Assembly (NCBI GenBank): GCA_963793425.1
Contig: CAWCAG010000007.1
Coordinates: 672,001 to 736,000 of the forward strand
Source: an uncultured cyanobacterium
GTDB lineage: Bacteria; Cyanobacteriota; Cyanobacteriia; Cyanobacteriales; CAWCAG01
Reading direction: 5' to 3'
DNA: 64,000 nucleotides
Position 1 is the stretch's first letter. The number at the start of each line of letters is the position of its first letter. The notes beneath the pieces are model-generated. The model made no database searches. It had not been told where the DNA came from and saw nothing but the letters and a program-made list of their open reading frames with translations. Made by a program: the position numbers and the translations under genes. Shown in pieces: positions 27,879-38,405 of the stretch.

Positions 27879-28958
27879 TTACACAGCAACAGTCTTCTTC
27901 GGACTAGCTGATAATTCTCCTTTAGCATACTTAGCAGCATAATCATCTAAAGTCATTTGCTTGATCTTGCTAGCATTACCAGCAGTATCAAAAGCTTCAT
28001 AACGCTTCAAGCAAACTTGTTTCATATACTTGATAGAAGGCTTGAGGAAGTGGCGAGGATCAAAGTTAGAAGGATCTTTAAACGCCGCTTCACGAATAGC
28101 CGCAGTGATAGCTAAGCGGTTATCAGTATCGATATTAACTTTACGTACACCACTCTTAATACCCTTTTGAATTTCTTCTAAAGGTACACCGTAGGTTTCA
28201 GGAATATTACCACCATATTTGTTGATCATATCCAACCATTCTTGGGGAACAGAAGAAGAACCGTGCATTACTAAGTGGGTATTAGGTAAACGCTTATGGA
28301 TCTCTTCAATACGGTTAATAGCGAGAATTTCACCAGTAGGTTTGCGGGTGAATTTATAAGCGCCGTGGCTGGTTCCGATGGCAACAGCTAAAGCATCAAC
28401 TTGAGTACGTTCTACAAATTCAACAGCTTCATCAGGATCAGTAAGAAGTTGTTCTTTACTTAAAGTACCCTCAAAACCATGGCCATCTTCTTTATCCCCT
28501 TGACCAGTTTCCAAAGAACCCAAGCAACCTAATTCTCCTTCCACACTCGCACCAACGGCATGGGCGACTTTAACTACTTCAGCGGTGACATCAACGTTGT
28601 AATCAAAGCTAGCAGGAGTTTTGGCATCTGCTTCTAAGGAACCATCCATCATTACACTGGTGAAACCATTGCGGATAGCAGAGTAGCAAGTTGCAGGGCT
28701 ATTACCGTGATCCTGGTGCATAGCAATGGGAATATCAGGATGGCTTTCTACTGCTGCCATAATTAGGTGGCGTAGGAAGTTTTCTCCTGCATATTTGCGT
28801 GCGCCGCGAGAAGCTTGTAAAATTACGGGGCTATCAGCTTCTTCAGCAGCTTGCATAATTGCTATGATCTGCTCCATATTATTAACATTATATGCAGGTA
28901 TACCATAACCATTTTCCGCTGCATGATCCAATAGCAACCGCATTGGTACTAGCGCCAT
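27879..28958 (-). CDS. fbaA: Fructose-bisphosphate aldolase class II (cyanobacterial CbbA type)
   Basis: [35 protein letters not shown]. Confidence 0.97.
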   Translation of the reverse strand: MALVPMRLLLDHAAENGYGIPAYNVNNMEQIIAIMQAAEEADSPVILQASRGARKYAGENFLRHLIMAAVESHPDIPIAMHQDHGNSPATCYSAIRNGFTSVMMDGSLEADAKTPASFDYNVDVTAEVVKVAHAVGASVEGELGCLGSLETGQGDKEDGHGFEGTLSKEQLLTDPDEAVEFVERTQVDALAVAIGTSHGAYKFTRKPTGEILAINRIEEIHKRLPNTHLVMHGSSSVPQEWLDMINKYGGNIPETYGVPLEEIQKGIKSGVRKVNIDTDNRLAITAAIREAAFKDPSNFDPRHFLKPSIKYMKQVCLKRYEAFDTAGNASKIKQMTLDDYAAKYAKGELSASPKKTVAV

Positions 28959-29448
28959 AAGTTTCCTCCTGTGGTTTTCTTAATTTCGTCAGGTTGATTT
29001 AGATGTCAAGAAATAAATTTCTTTATTGTTCAATCTTAAGATATTTTTTAACTTCTGACGAATTCTCTTTCCTGTTTATGGTGTAAGGATCTGTAAGAGG
29101 GAGCTTTTTTAGCAAAATTAATATGCAAAAAATCTAGTATGATGGGATTAGCTCTTTCAAGGTCTTGTAATTCCCCTCAAGTTATAGTTAGTTGAGAGAA
29201 AACAGTATTACCTTTACCCTTGCTGGTAATCTCTTCTGTGCTAGAGTTACGTATTTGTTGATAATCTCTGAAAGACATACTCGCGCTTTTGTGTTTCATC
29301 ACTCGCCATGCTACACCGTAATGCTCTCCCTCGGTGAACCATACATAATTGCCAGAACAACAAGATATAATAAATTCTCCTTAAGTATACAAGTGTATTT
29401 AATTGATTCTTAAACAATAAGATATGCTTCTACTCATTACAAAATATT

Positions 29449-30867
29449 ATGTTTAAAAAGCTTAATCAGAGTGCTGCCTTAACTGCTTTAATTATCGTTG
29501 GTTTATATTCCCCTCTAGTTAGCGCCCAGTCTATTATTAGGGAAGCAAACAGTACAGGAACGATAGTTAACCAACAAGGTGATATTTATCAGATTGAGGG
29601 TGGAACTCAAGCAGGAAGTAACTTATTCCATAGTTTTACTCAACTAGGGCTACAACAAAATGAAATAGTTAACTTTCTCTCCCAACCTCACATCAATAAT
29701 ATTCTGGGCAGGGTAACTGGCGGTAATATTTCTGTAATTGAAGGATTAATTCAGGTTAGTGGTAGTAACGCTAACCTCTTTTTAATGAATCCGGCTGGCA
29801 TTATCTTTGGTAGCAATGCCAGATTAGATGTACCAGGGAGTTTCACTGCCACAACAGCCAATGCTATTGGTTTTGAGGGGGGTTGGTTTCAATCTTTGGG
29901 GGAGAATGAGTATCAAAGCTTAATAGGTTCACCTACCAGCTTTGCTTTCGGTAATGGGCAAACGGGAGGAATAGTTAACCAAGGAGATTTAACGGCTGCT
30001 AACCTCAGCCTAATTGGTGGGACAGTAATTAATACAGGCAACCTCAATGCCCCAGGAGGAAATATTACTATAACCGCAGTGCCTGGGGGCAAAATGGTAC
30101 GACTTTCTCAACAGGGAATGATTTTAGGATTAGAAGTACCAGAAGATGCGATCGCCAATGGTATAACTCCCTTAGATTTACCAAAACTATTAACCACACC
30201 CGTAGAAGGAATAACCGAAATAGCTAAAGGGGATACAGTTGTTAGTGGTAGTGTAGTTGCAGATACCGTTAACCTTGGTGCAGTGAACCCTATTAAGTTG
30301 GGAAGCAATGGTCAAATAATTACGGGGAATAGTAAGTTTAGCACTCCTACAGTAACCATATTCCCAGCAAGTGAAACAGATCCTCTTGCTTACATCTTCC
30401 TAGATGCCACAGTACCAGATTATCAAAGCTTTCTCTACAACGGCAAACCAGGTTCAACTACGGTGGTGGTAACGCCCGAAGAAAGGGGGATTTCAGTTGT
30501 TAGTGATAAGTTAGCAACTAGTCAACAGGTTGATGAGATACATATTGTTTCTGAGGGGAATCAGGGGAACTTTTGGTTAGGTAGGGACTTTGTAAGTAGT
30601 GAGAATGTTGGGCAGTATGAGACTCAGTTGCAGGGTTGGCAAGACGCTTTGAGTGTGGGGGCAGATATTTTAATTTATGCTTGTTTAGCTGCTTTGGGAG
30701 AAGCTGGGGACAGTTTGTTAAATCAGGTTGCTGATTATACTGGGGCGGATGTGGCCGGTTCGACGAATATTACCGGGGCAACGAGTTTAGAGGGAGATTG
30801 GCAGTTAGAGAAGAGTTTGGGGCCGATTGAGGCAGACTACGCCGTTTGCAGACAATATTTTAGCTAA
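29449..30867 (+). CDS. N-terminal part (TPS/haemagglutinin secretion domain + DUF4347) of a giant CHAT exoprotein; frameshift near 30835
   Basis: NLFHSF, NILGRV, NPAGIIFG; DUF4347-like IHIVSEG..ADILIYAC..TGADVAGS..GDWQLE. Confidence 0.85.
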   Translation: MFKKLNQSAALTALIIVGLYSPLVSAQSIIREANSTGTIVNQQGDIYQIEGGTQAGSNLFHSFTQLGLQQNEIVNFLSQPHINNILGRVTGGNISVIEGLIQVSGSNANLFLMNPAGIIFGSNARLDVPGSFTATTANAIGFEGGWFQSLGENEYQSLIGSPTSFAFGNGQTGGIVNQGDLTAANLSLIGGTVINTGNLNAPGGNITITAVPGGKMVRLSQQGMILGLEVPEDAIANGITPLDLPKLLTTPVEGITEIAKGDTVVSGSVVADTVNLGAVNPIKLGSNGQIITGNSKFSTPTVTIFPASETDPLAYIFLDATVPDYQSFLYNGKPGSTTVVVTPEERGISVVSDKLATSQQVDEIHIVSEGNQGNFWLGRDFVSSENVGQYETQLQGWQDALSVGADILIYACLAALGEAGDSLLNQVADYTGADVAGSTNITGATSLEGDWQLEKSLGPIEADYAVCRQYFS

Positions 30868-33800
30868 CTATAATGATAGTCTAGCCGTATTTACAGCAAC
30901 TAATGGTGGTGATGCCGGGGCTGGTTCACTACGACAGGCGCTTTTAGATGCTAATGCTACTGTAGGGGGTGATGAAGTTCGCTTTGCTCCTGGCTTGAAT
31001 CAGGTGACTTTGACATCTGGTCAGTTGTTGATTGATACAACGAACGGTAATTTGACTATTGATGGTGATTTTAATGGTGCAAATAATGTAGTTGTTGAAC
31101 GTAGTACAGTAGTAGGTACACCTGACTTTCATATTTTTGAAATTCAAGGTGATGGTGATGTTGCTATTGATGCTTTGACAATTCGCAATGGTGTTGCCAT
31201 AAGTAGTGGTAGTGGTATCAGATGGAGGTTAGGAAACGGAACACTGACCCTCAACAACAGCACTGTGAGTGATAATTCTGGTGATGGTATTACAAGTAGA
31301 GGCTTAATTAAGCTAACTGACAGTCTTGTAAGCAATAACATAGGAGGCAATATCAACAATGGGGGCATTTTTAGTATTGGAGATATAGAAGTAACTGGTA
31401 GTACTGTAACTAATAACCAAGGAGCTGGTAGTGGCGGTATTCGTAGTGATGGCTCAATAACTGTCAACGATAGTACTATCATTGGTAACCTTTCTAGTAG
31501 TGGTCGTGGCAGTCTTTACGCTCTAGGTACAATAAATATCAACGACAGCATCGTTAGTAATAATTCAGGAGGCGTTCAAACCAGGAATGGGGCAGTAAAT
31601 GTCACCAATAGTACGATTAAAGATAGTGTTGGCAACTCTCTTGGTGGCAATGGTGGAGGTATTAGTGCTGGTGGTACGGTGACACTAAATAATAGTACTG
31701 TAAGTGGCAATCGAGGAACTGGTATCTCCATCGGTAGCCGTGGCAGTACAGTAAAGCTAATTGATAGTAATGTAACTGGCAATCAAAGAGGAGGCATCCG
31801 CAGTGCTGCTGGAGTTGAATTAACCAACAGCACTGTAACTAATAATGTAGGAAGCGGTATTTTTAGCAATATTTTCAACAATGATATCAGCTTAGTAAAC
31901 ATCAACAACAGCATTATCAGTGGTAATATTTCCAGTGGCCGCGCCAGCATTGTCAACAGAGGGACAGTAAATATCAACAACAGCATCGTTAGTAATAATA
32001 CAGGAGGTATTCAAACCAGCAATGGCGCAGTAAATGTCACCAATAGTACGATTAAAGATAGTGTTGGCAACTCTGGTGGTGGCAATGGTACAGGTATTAG
32101 CGCTGGTGGTACGGTGACACTAAACAATAGTACTGTAAGTGGCAATCGAGGAACTGGTATCTACATCGGTAGCCGTGGCAGTACAGTAAAGTTAACTGAT
32201 AGTAACGTAACTGGCAATCAAGGAGGAGGCATTTACAGTGCTGCTGGAGTTGAATTAACCAACAGCACTGTAGCTAATAATGTAGGAAGCGGTATTTTGA
32301 GCAATATTTTCAACAATGATATCAGCTTAGTAAACATCAACAACAGCATTATCAGTGGTAATATTTCCAATAGCCGCGCCAGCATTGTCAACAAGGGGAT
32401 AATAAATATCAACGACAGTATCGTTAGTAATAATTCAGGAGGCATTCGAGGTGAGGATACAGTAAATGTCACTAATAGCACTGTAAGCGACAATCTAAGA
32501 ACTGGTATCTCCATCACTAGCGGTAGTGGTACACTAAATTTGACCAATAGTAGCGTGACTGGTAATCAAGACGGCGGTATTCTCAGTCGAAAGCCAGTAA
32601 CTATTATTAACAGTACCATAAGTGGTAACACAACAAGAGGTAGCGGGAGTGGTATTAGAAGCTACGCTGGTGGCACTATTATTAATAGTACTATCACCAA
32701 CAACACAGCAGACTCTAATGGCGATGGTATCGGAAGTGGTGGCGGTATTTATACAAGGTTGAATACGACACTCAACATTAGCAACAGTATCATTGCTGGT
32801 AATTTTGCTCTTGGAGGTACTATTAACTCCGACTTTTCCGGCAGAGGTACAATCAATGGCAACGCTAATAACCTTATCGGCGATACAACCGGAGCAAACG
32901 GTACAATTGGTACAGGAAGCGATCTCACCTTTGCTAATTTGGGCATCACAGACATTAATCAAATCCTGACTCCCTTAACTAACAATGGTGGGTCAACTCT
33001 AACCCATGCACTCATCCCAGGTAGTCCTGCTATTGATGCTGGTAACAACAACAACGCCCCGGCAACTGACCAAAGGGGAGTAATCAGAGATGCTAAAGTT
33101 GATATCGGTGCATTTGAATTTACTGATGCAAACACTGGTGTAGTATCGAATCCCGTCTTAACTCCTACTACTTTAGCAGCCGTCAACAATGTTATCACCT
33201 CAAACCCAACTCTAAATCCGACACAAACCCTCACACCTACAACTACTTCTTTTGATAATTCCTTCGTTTCAACTGAAGCCGGAACAACTCTAGCAGAAAT
33301 AAAGCCACTGGAAGAAGACCCCATCCTTAAAATAAATCCTCTCGAAATAGAACCTATTGAGAGACGTTTTACAGGCGCTTTCACCAACTATCTAAAATTA
33401 GATGAACCTAATATTAATGACCTCAAACAAGCCCAGAATATTCTTACTCAAGTAGAACAAGAAACAGGTATTAAGCCTGCTCTCATCTACGTTGTCTTCG
33501 CCCCCACTTCCGCAGAATTGCCTGTAGCGACAAAAGACTATCACCTCAAAACTTCCCAAGTACTGGAAAATCTTTCTCAGCAAGACTCTCAAGATAACTA
33601 CCAACTAGAATTAGTTGTTGTGACAGCAGAAGGAGAAGCCTTCCGGCGTGTGTTACCAGAAACTACTAAAGCAGAGGTGATCCGCCAAGCTAAACACTTT
33701 CGCCGTACCATCACCAATCCTTTCCGGGAAGCAGCTTATATTAAACCCGGCCAACAATTTTATCAGTGGTTAGTTGCCCCGTTAGAAGCAGATTTACAAG

Positions 33801-34627
33801 AGAGAGAAATTGATAACCTTGTTTTCATTCTTGATGAGGGTTTGCGTGGTGTTCCCCTGGCTGCAATGCTAGATGGCAACCAATTTGTCATCGAAAAATA
33901 TAGCGTTGGTTTGATGCCCAGCCTCAGTTTAACTGATACCAACTATGTAGATGTCAAAAAACTTAAAGTACTAGCAATGGGTGCTGACACCTTCACTGAA
34001 CAAAATCCTCTCCCGGCTGTCCCCAAAGAGCTATCTTTAATCACCAAGCAATTATGGTCTGGGAAGTCCTACCTCAATGAAAACTTCACCTTAAAAAATC
34101 TCAAACAAGCTAGAAATCAAGACCCCTTTGGTATCATTCACCTAGCTACCCATGGTGAATTCAAACCCGGTGAACCTAGTAACTCTTATATTCAACTTTG
34201 GGAACAAAAGCTATCTTTAGATAGTTTGCGAACTCTGGATTGGAATAATCCCTCTGTAGAATTATTAGTTTTGTCTGCTTGTCGCACCGCCTTGGGAAGT
34301 CGGGAAGCAGAATTAGGTTTTGCTGGCCTTGCGGTGCAAGCTGGGGTAAAATCTGCCTTGGGTAGCCTCTGGACGGTCAGTGATGATGGGACTTTGGGTT
34401 TAATGAGTAGTTTTTACCAACAACTCAAAACTGCACCTATTAAAGCTGAGGCATTGCGTCAGGCACAACTGACAATGTTACGGGGAGAAGTGTATTTAGA
34501 AGATGGGCAACTCGTTAGTGGCGATCGCCGAATAGCTTTACCTGATGCTTTGGCAGATTTGGGTGACCAAGATTTAACTCATCCCTATTACTGGAGTGGT
34601 TTCACTATGATTGGTAACCCTTGGTAG
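30827..34627 (+). CDS. C-terminal part (beta-helix repeats, choice-of-anchor Q-like motif, CHAT protease) of the giant exoprotein
   Basis: GSLRQA; N/S-rich beta-helix repeats; NGG.T.THAL..GSPAIDAG..DQRG..DIGAFE; CHAT HLATHG, LSACRTA, SLW.VSD, HPYYWS. Confidence 0.88.
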   Translation: MRQTTPFADNILANYNDSLAVFTATNGGDAGAGSLRQALLDANATVGGDEVRFAPGLNQVTLTSGQLLIDTTNGNLTIDGDFNGANNVVVERSTVVGTPDFHIFEIQGDGDVAIDALTIRNGVAISSGSGIRWRLGNGTLTLNNSTVSDNSGDGITSRGLIKLTDSLVSNNIGGNINNGGIFSIGDIEVTGSTVTNNQGAGSGGIRSDGSITVNDSTIIGNLSSSGRGSLYALGTININDSIVSNNSGGVQTRNGAVNVTNSTIKDSVGNSLGGNGGGISAGGTVTLNNSTVSGNRGTGISIGSRGSTVKLIDSNVTGNQRGGIRSAAGVELTNSTVTNNVGSGIFSNIFNNDISLVNINNSIISGNISSGRASIVNRGTVNINNSIVSNNTGGIQTSNGAVNVTNSTIKDSVGNSGGGNGTGISAGGTVTLNNSTVSGNRGTGIYIGSRGSTVKLTDSNVTGNQGGGIYSAAGVELTNSTVANNVGSGILSNIFNNDISLVNINNSIISGNISNSRASIVNKGIININDSIVSNNSGGIRGEDTVNVTNSTVSDNLRTGISITSGSGTLNLTNSSVTGNQDGGILSRKPVTIINSTISGNTTRGSGSGIRSYAGGTIINSTITNNTADSNGDGIGSGGGIYTRLNTTLNISNSIIAGNFALGGTINSDFSGRGTINGNANNLIGDTTGANGTIGTGSDLTFANLGITDINQILTPLTNNGGSTLTHALIPGSPAIDAGNNNNAPATDQRGVIRDAKVDIGAFEFTDANTGVVSNPVLTPTTLAAVNNVITSNPTLNPTQTLTPTTTSFDNSFVSTEAGTTLAEIKPLEEDPILKINPLEIEPIERRFTGAFTNYLKLDEPNINDLKQAQNILTQVEQETGIKPALIYVVFAPTSAELPVATKDYHLKTSQVLENLSQQDSQDNYQLELVVVTAEGEAFRRVLPETTKAEVIRQAKHFRRTITNPFREAAYIKPGQQFYQWLVAPLEADLQEREIDNLVFILDEGLRGVPLAAMLDGNQFVIEKYSVGLMPSLSLTDTNYVDVKKLKVLAMGADTFTEQNPLPAVPKELSLITKQLWSGKSYLNENFTLKNLKQARNQDPFGIIHLATHGEFKPGEPSNSYIQLWEQKLSLDSLRTLDWNNPSVELLVLSACRTALGSREAELGFAGLAVQAGVKSALGSLWTVSDDGTLGLMSSFYQQLKTAPIKAEALRQAQLTMLRGEVYLEDGQLVSGDRRIALPDALADLGDQDLTHPYYWSGFTMIGNPW
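31534..32446 (+). repeat. 435-bp (145-codon) intragenic tandem duplication
   Basis: AAATATCAAC..CAG.ATCGTTAGTAATAAT recurs at 31534, 31969 and 32404; intervening units nearly identical. Confidence 0.85.
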
Positions 34628-34696
34628 CGAAGTTTGTAGATTCAGTTCTACAAACCATTGCTAATTAAAATGAGCTATTTTCCTTAACTTTAAACT

Positions 34697-35830
34697 TCAA
34701 TAAAATAAATGGGGAACAAACAAACTTGAATCTTGAGTGATAATACTTCTATCTTCGCGAATACCAATTCCTGCTGCTTCTTCGCCAACAATCCAAGAGC
34801 CAATTACTGGGTAATAATTAGTAAAGTTAGGTAAAGGGTAATAATCTTGAAAGATTAAAGTTTCTTGAGGAGTTGTATTAGGCATCTGACGATAACCTTC
34901 GTTGCGATAAATAGTAATGTTTTCCCCTTCACGAGAAAAAAGAGGCTTACTAATATAAGGCGGTTCTAAATGGGCAGAATCAAAATAACTTGGTAGGAGA
35001 TATTTATGGTTAGGAAACATCTCCCAAAGTAAGGGTAAAATACCTTTATTGCTAAGAATCATCTTCCAAGGAGGTTCAAAAATGCTTTGGGGTTCTTTGA
35101 GGAGATATTGACCAAAATCTTCCTGAATCATCCACTCCCAAGGATAAAGTTTAAAAAGCAACTCGATTGGTTGGTTTTGTAAGTCACAAAATTTCTCTGT
35201 TTCGGCATCCCAACCAATCTCATCAATAAAGATATGCTGAGTTTTAAACTGGGCTTGAATTGCCAAGTCTCTGAGATATTCCACCGTCCCCACATCTTCA
35301 TCTGTATTGGCTTCACAAGCGAAGTAAAAGGTTTTTTCCCTAGTAGGATGTAAACTTTCAAACTGGGCTAATAGTTTTTCATGTAGAGAATTAAACTGGT
35401 CTGCTTCAGGAAACATTTCTTCTAACCAAGCCCATTGCACTACACTCGATTCTAATAAGGCTGTGGGTGTATCGGCATTATATTCTAATAGTTTGGGAGG
35501 ATGTTTACCATCATAAGCCAAATCAAAACGCCCATACAAACTTCTATCTTTTCTTTGCCAAGATTGTTGACATAATTGAGCAAATTGCGGAGGAATATCT
35601 AATTGAGAAAATAGGCTTTTGGCGATTACTCTCTCTACTAATTCTAAACACATTTGCTGGAGAGTTTCTGTTGCTTCTTCTAATTCATCTATTTCTGCGG
35701 CAGTAAAGCAATAACAAACTCCTTCATGCCAATAAGTTCCTTCAATATCATAAAAAGAAAAACCTACTTCTTCACACTTTTGCTGCCAATTTAAACGACG
35801 CTCAACTAAACGGCGTTCCATAACTTCCAA
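34697..35830 (-). CDS. Glutathionylspermidine synthase family ATP-grasp protein (YgiC-like)
   Basis: YGRFD, EYNADTPT, FKLYPWE, SNKGIL, SREGEN, GIRED. Confidence 0.92.
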   Translation of the reverse strand: MEVMERRLVERRLNWQQKCEEVGFSFYDIEGTYWHEGVCYCFTAAEIDELEEATETLQQMCLELVERVIAKSLFSQLDIPPQFAQLCQQSWQRKDRSLYGRFDLAYDGKHPPKLLEYNADTPTALLESSVVQWAWLEEMFPEADQFNSLHEKLLAQFESLHPTREKTFYFACEANTDEDVGTVEYLRDLAIQAQFKTQHIFIDEIGWDAETEKFCDLQNQPIELLFKLYPWEWMIQEDFGQYLLKEPQSIFEPPWKMILSNKGILPLLWEMFPNHKYLLPSYFDSAHLEPPYISKPLFSREGENITIYRNEGYRQMPNTTPQETLIFQDYYPLPNFTNYYPVIGSWIVGEEAAGIGIREDRSIITQDSSLFVPHLFY

Positions 35831-35859
35831 ACCTACACTTATAAAATGTTCAATTGATA

Positions 35860-36309
35860 TTAACTTTTGCCCCCACCCTTAGCTTTGCCCGTTGAACCAA
35901 AGCCGCCTCGTGAGGATTTTTTCCCTGAGGTATTAGACTTCGCAGACCCAGTTTGTGTCTGCACTGTTTTAAGCGATCGCGCGGAATTCTTGGGGCCGGT
36001 TTTCTGAATTGGTACAGTATTAGGAACAGCTTTGGCTTTACTACTACCCTTCGGTAAGTAATGCAATCTTCGGTTAATATAAAGATAGCGAGGCCCCGAA
36101 TAATAGGTTGCACCAGTTGAAGAATTACTAGCCCCTGAATATTTGTAAAACTGTTCACACTCCTCAAAATAACCCCAGTCTTTTTGACAGTCTTGCTTGG
36201 TGCGATAGACGTTACGAGAATAAGTTCCTTGGTTAGCTTGACAAGCCACTAGAGAAACTGAGGCAATCCAAACTAAGGTAATAATTTTACTTCTCTTATT
36301 ATATTTCAT
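35860..36309 (-). CDS. Lipoprotein, YgiB/DUF1190-like partner of the GSP-synthase family gene
   Basis: Lipobox LVAC; Y.TKQDC..C; C-terminal RGGFGSTG; directly upstream of the YgiC-like gene. Confidence 0.7.
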   Translation of the reverse strand: MKYNKRSKIITLVWIASVSLVACQANQGTYSRNVYRTKQDCQKDWGYFEECEQFYKYSGASNSSTGATYYSGPRYLYINRRLHYLPKGSSKAKAVPNTVPIQKTGPKNSARSLKTVQTQTGSAKSNTSGKKSSRGGFGSTGKAKGGGKS

Positions 36310-36506
36310 AGGTTTATAAAGTTTGAGTAGCTTTTAATTGTTTCTTAATACTAGCCAAATTTCTAGGTGAAATTCTCCCCATTTTTCTGATCTTCCTGCT
36401 TAATGCTAGATGACCATTAATTGCGATCGCCGACAATTCCTTAACTCCATATTGCTCCTATTTAATGGTGGGCAAATCTTGACTATAATTTTAATCAACA
36501 AATAGA

Positions 36507-38015
36507 CTATTTTTTGCCCACCCTACTTGGAAATTCACTTTGCGTAGGGAGATTTTTCGCTAATATCTTCCTGGCTAATTGCTTCTTAATTAGCATCCCT
36601 AAAACTTGCATTGCTTGCTCAATACGTTCTGACCAAGGTAAGGCACAATTGAGCCGCAAACAGTTGCTGTAGCTACCTGAAGGGGAAAAAATTACTCCAG
36701 GTGCAATGCTAATTTTTTCTTGCAATGCTTCCTGGTAAAGTTCCATAACCTCAAACTCTGGGGGCAATTCAAGCCACAAAACATGACCTCCTTGGGGACG
36801 AGTAACGCGGGTTTCCCCAGGGAAATGTTGACAAATTGCTTGGGTTATATGATTCATTTGCAACTGATAGGTGCGACGTAGTTGGCGGAGATGGCGTTCA
36901 TAACCTCCATTGCTCAGAAATGCTGCTACAGTAAGTTGAGGTGCAACGGCTGTAGTCATGTTGATAACTAACTTAGACTGCTCTATCCTGCCTTGATAAA
37001 GCCCTGGTATACACCAACCAACCCGCAACCCAGAAGAGAGGGTTTTGCTGACGGAACCGCAGTAAAGAACTCGGCATTGGGTGTCAAAGGCTTTGATGGC
37101 TTTGGGTCGCACTTTGCCGAAATAAAGTTCTCCATAAACATCATCTTCTACCAAAGGGCGATCGTAGCGGTTGAGGAGTGCTACTAGTTCCTGCTTATGG
37201 CGATCGCTCATAGTATGACCGAGAGGATTGCTGAAGTTGGAAACGACAATGCAGGCAGCTATTTGTTTTTTCACTAATGCTGCTTCTAAATGGGCCAAAG
37301 AAATACCTTCACGGGGATGAGTTGGTAGTTCCAAAGCCTTGAGATGTAATGCTTCTAAGGCTTCAAGTATGCCATAATAACAAGGAGATTCAATAGCTAC
37401 AGTGTCCCCTGGTTGGGTGACAGCTTTGAGGGAAAGATAAACAGCCTCGCTAGCACCGTTAGTAATGACAATTTGCTCAGGAGTTAAAGAACAACCTGCA
37501 TCTATCAGCCGCTTAGCTATTTCGCGCCGTAGGGTAGCACAACCAGGAGGAACATGGTAAGCATGGACTAATTCTGGTTCAGCACGAATCACTTTAGCCA
37601 TTAGTCGGTTCAATGCCTTGGTGGGAAACAGTTCCGGGTCTGGCACTGCTGCCCCTAACTTTAAAGTTTGGTGATTGCGGATGTCGCTATGTACCTGGAA
37701 AGCTAAGGAATTATCAAGGGGTAAAATTTTGAAGCAAGGGGCAGAAGGATTAGGTTCGTGGGGAGACAGCGAGGGGTTTGGTTTGACGTAATAACCAGAT
37801 TGAGGACGGGCGGCGATCACTCCCCCATCTTCAAGCAAACGGTAAGCTTCTAAGACTGTGGAAATGCTTACTCCTAGCTGCTGACGAAGCTTGCGAACAG
37901 AAGGAAGGCGATCCCCCGGTTGTAAAGTGCCTTCGTTGATTAAAGTCTGAATACTATCAGCTACCTGTTCATAAAGTTTACGCCCTAAAGTTTTGTCAGG
38001 AAGAAGAAGTTTCAT
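36507..38015 (-). CDS. MocR/GntR-family PLP-dependent transcriptional regulator
   Basis: GntR wHTH (LPSVRKL..SISTV..AY..LE..PQSGYYV) plus aminotransferase domain (EDDVY, SVSKTL..GLRVGW). Confidence 0.92.
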   Translation of the reverse strand: MKLLLPDKTLGRKLYEQVADSIQTLINEGTLQPGDRLPSVRKLRQQLGVSISTVLEAYRLLEDGGVIAARPQSGYYVKPNPSLSPHEPNPSAPCFKILPLDNSLAFQVHSDIRNHQTLKLGAAVPDPELFPTKALNRLMAKVIRAEPELVHAYHVPPGCATLRREIAKRLIDAGCSLTPEQIVITNGASEAVYLSLKAVTQPGDTVAIESPCYYGILEALEALHLKALELPTHPREGISLAHLEAALVKKQIAACIVVSNFSNPLGHTMSDRHKQELVALLNRYDRPLVEDDVYGELYFGKVRPKAIKAFDTQCRVLYCGSVSKTLSSGLRVGWCIPGLYQGRIEQSKLVINMTTAVAPQLTVAAFLSNGGYERHLRQLRRTYQLQMNHITQAICQHFPGETRVTRPQGGHVLWLELPPEFEVMELYQEALQEKISIAPGVIFSPSGSYSNCLRLNCALPWSERIEQAMQVLGMLIKKQLARKILAKNLPTQSEFPSRVGKK

Positions 38016-38033
38016 CGGTTATTTATTATGGGG

Positions 38034-38088
38034 GTACAGTTAAAGCAATAAAGCTCCAGTACAGTTACTAAAAGAGCAACTGTACTGG
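38034..38088. promoter_or_regulatory. Putative MocR operator (inverted plus direct repeats)
   Basis: CCAGTACAGTT (38056-38066) N11 AACTGTACTGG (38078-38088), plus half-site GTACAGTT at 38034-38041. Confidence 0.7.
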
Positions 38089-38175
38089 TGATAATTTAAC
38101 ATTATTGACTCTGATAAGTAGTAGAAAAGTTTTAGATAATTGAATTAAAGATAGACAATCAACAATGAGAGGGTG

Positions 38176-38325
38176 ATGATGTTAAAAACCAAAAATCGCG
38201 TCTTACCAAACACAAAGCTTCAAGAATCTACTCAGTCAAGCCGCAATTATCTTAATTTGCCACGGAAGTTTGCTCGTTTTTGTGTTTATTATGGAAAGTA
38301 TGTTTCTCATTCTTTGGATGAGTAA
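38176..38325 (+). CDS. Putative 49-aa small protein divergent from the MocR regulator
   Basis: Hand translation MMLKTKNRVLPNTKLQESTQSSRNYLNLPRKFARFCVYYGKYVSHSLDE*; SD-like GAGAGGG at 38167-38173. Confidence 0.45.
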   Translation: MMLKTKNRVLPNTKLQESTQSSRNYLNLPRKFARFCVYYGKYVSHSLDE

Positions 38326-38405
38326 TACTAAATCCGTGCTTATATAGCACAGGTTATTTGTGAGGGTGGGGAGTAGGGAGTGGGGAGAGGGGAATAGTAA
38401 TATAA

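Noticed and set aside
29192..29413. 73-aa ORF / GC-richer patch upstream of the first TPS gene as a possible sRNA or riboswitch
   Set aside because: No recognisable motif, RBS or second copy
30944..33604. Cluster of antisense ORFs rich in L/P/V (also 43692-46808)
   Set aside because: Shadows of the N/S/G-rich repetitive sense gene
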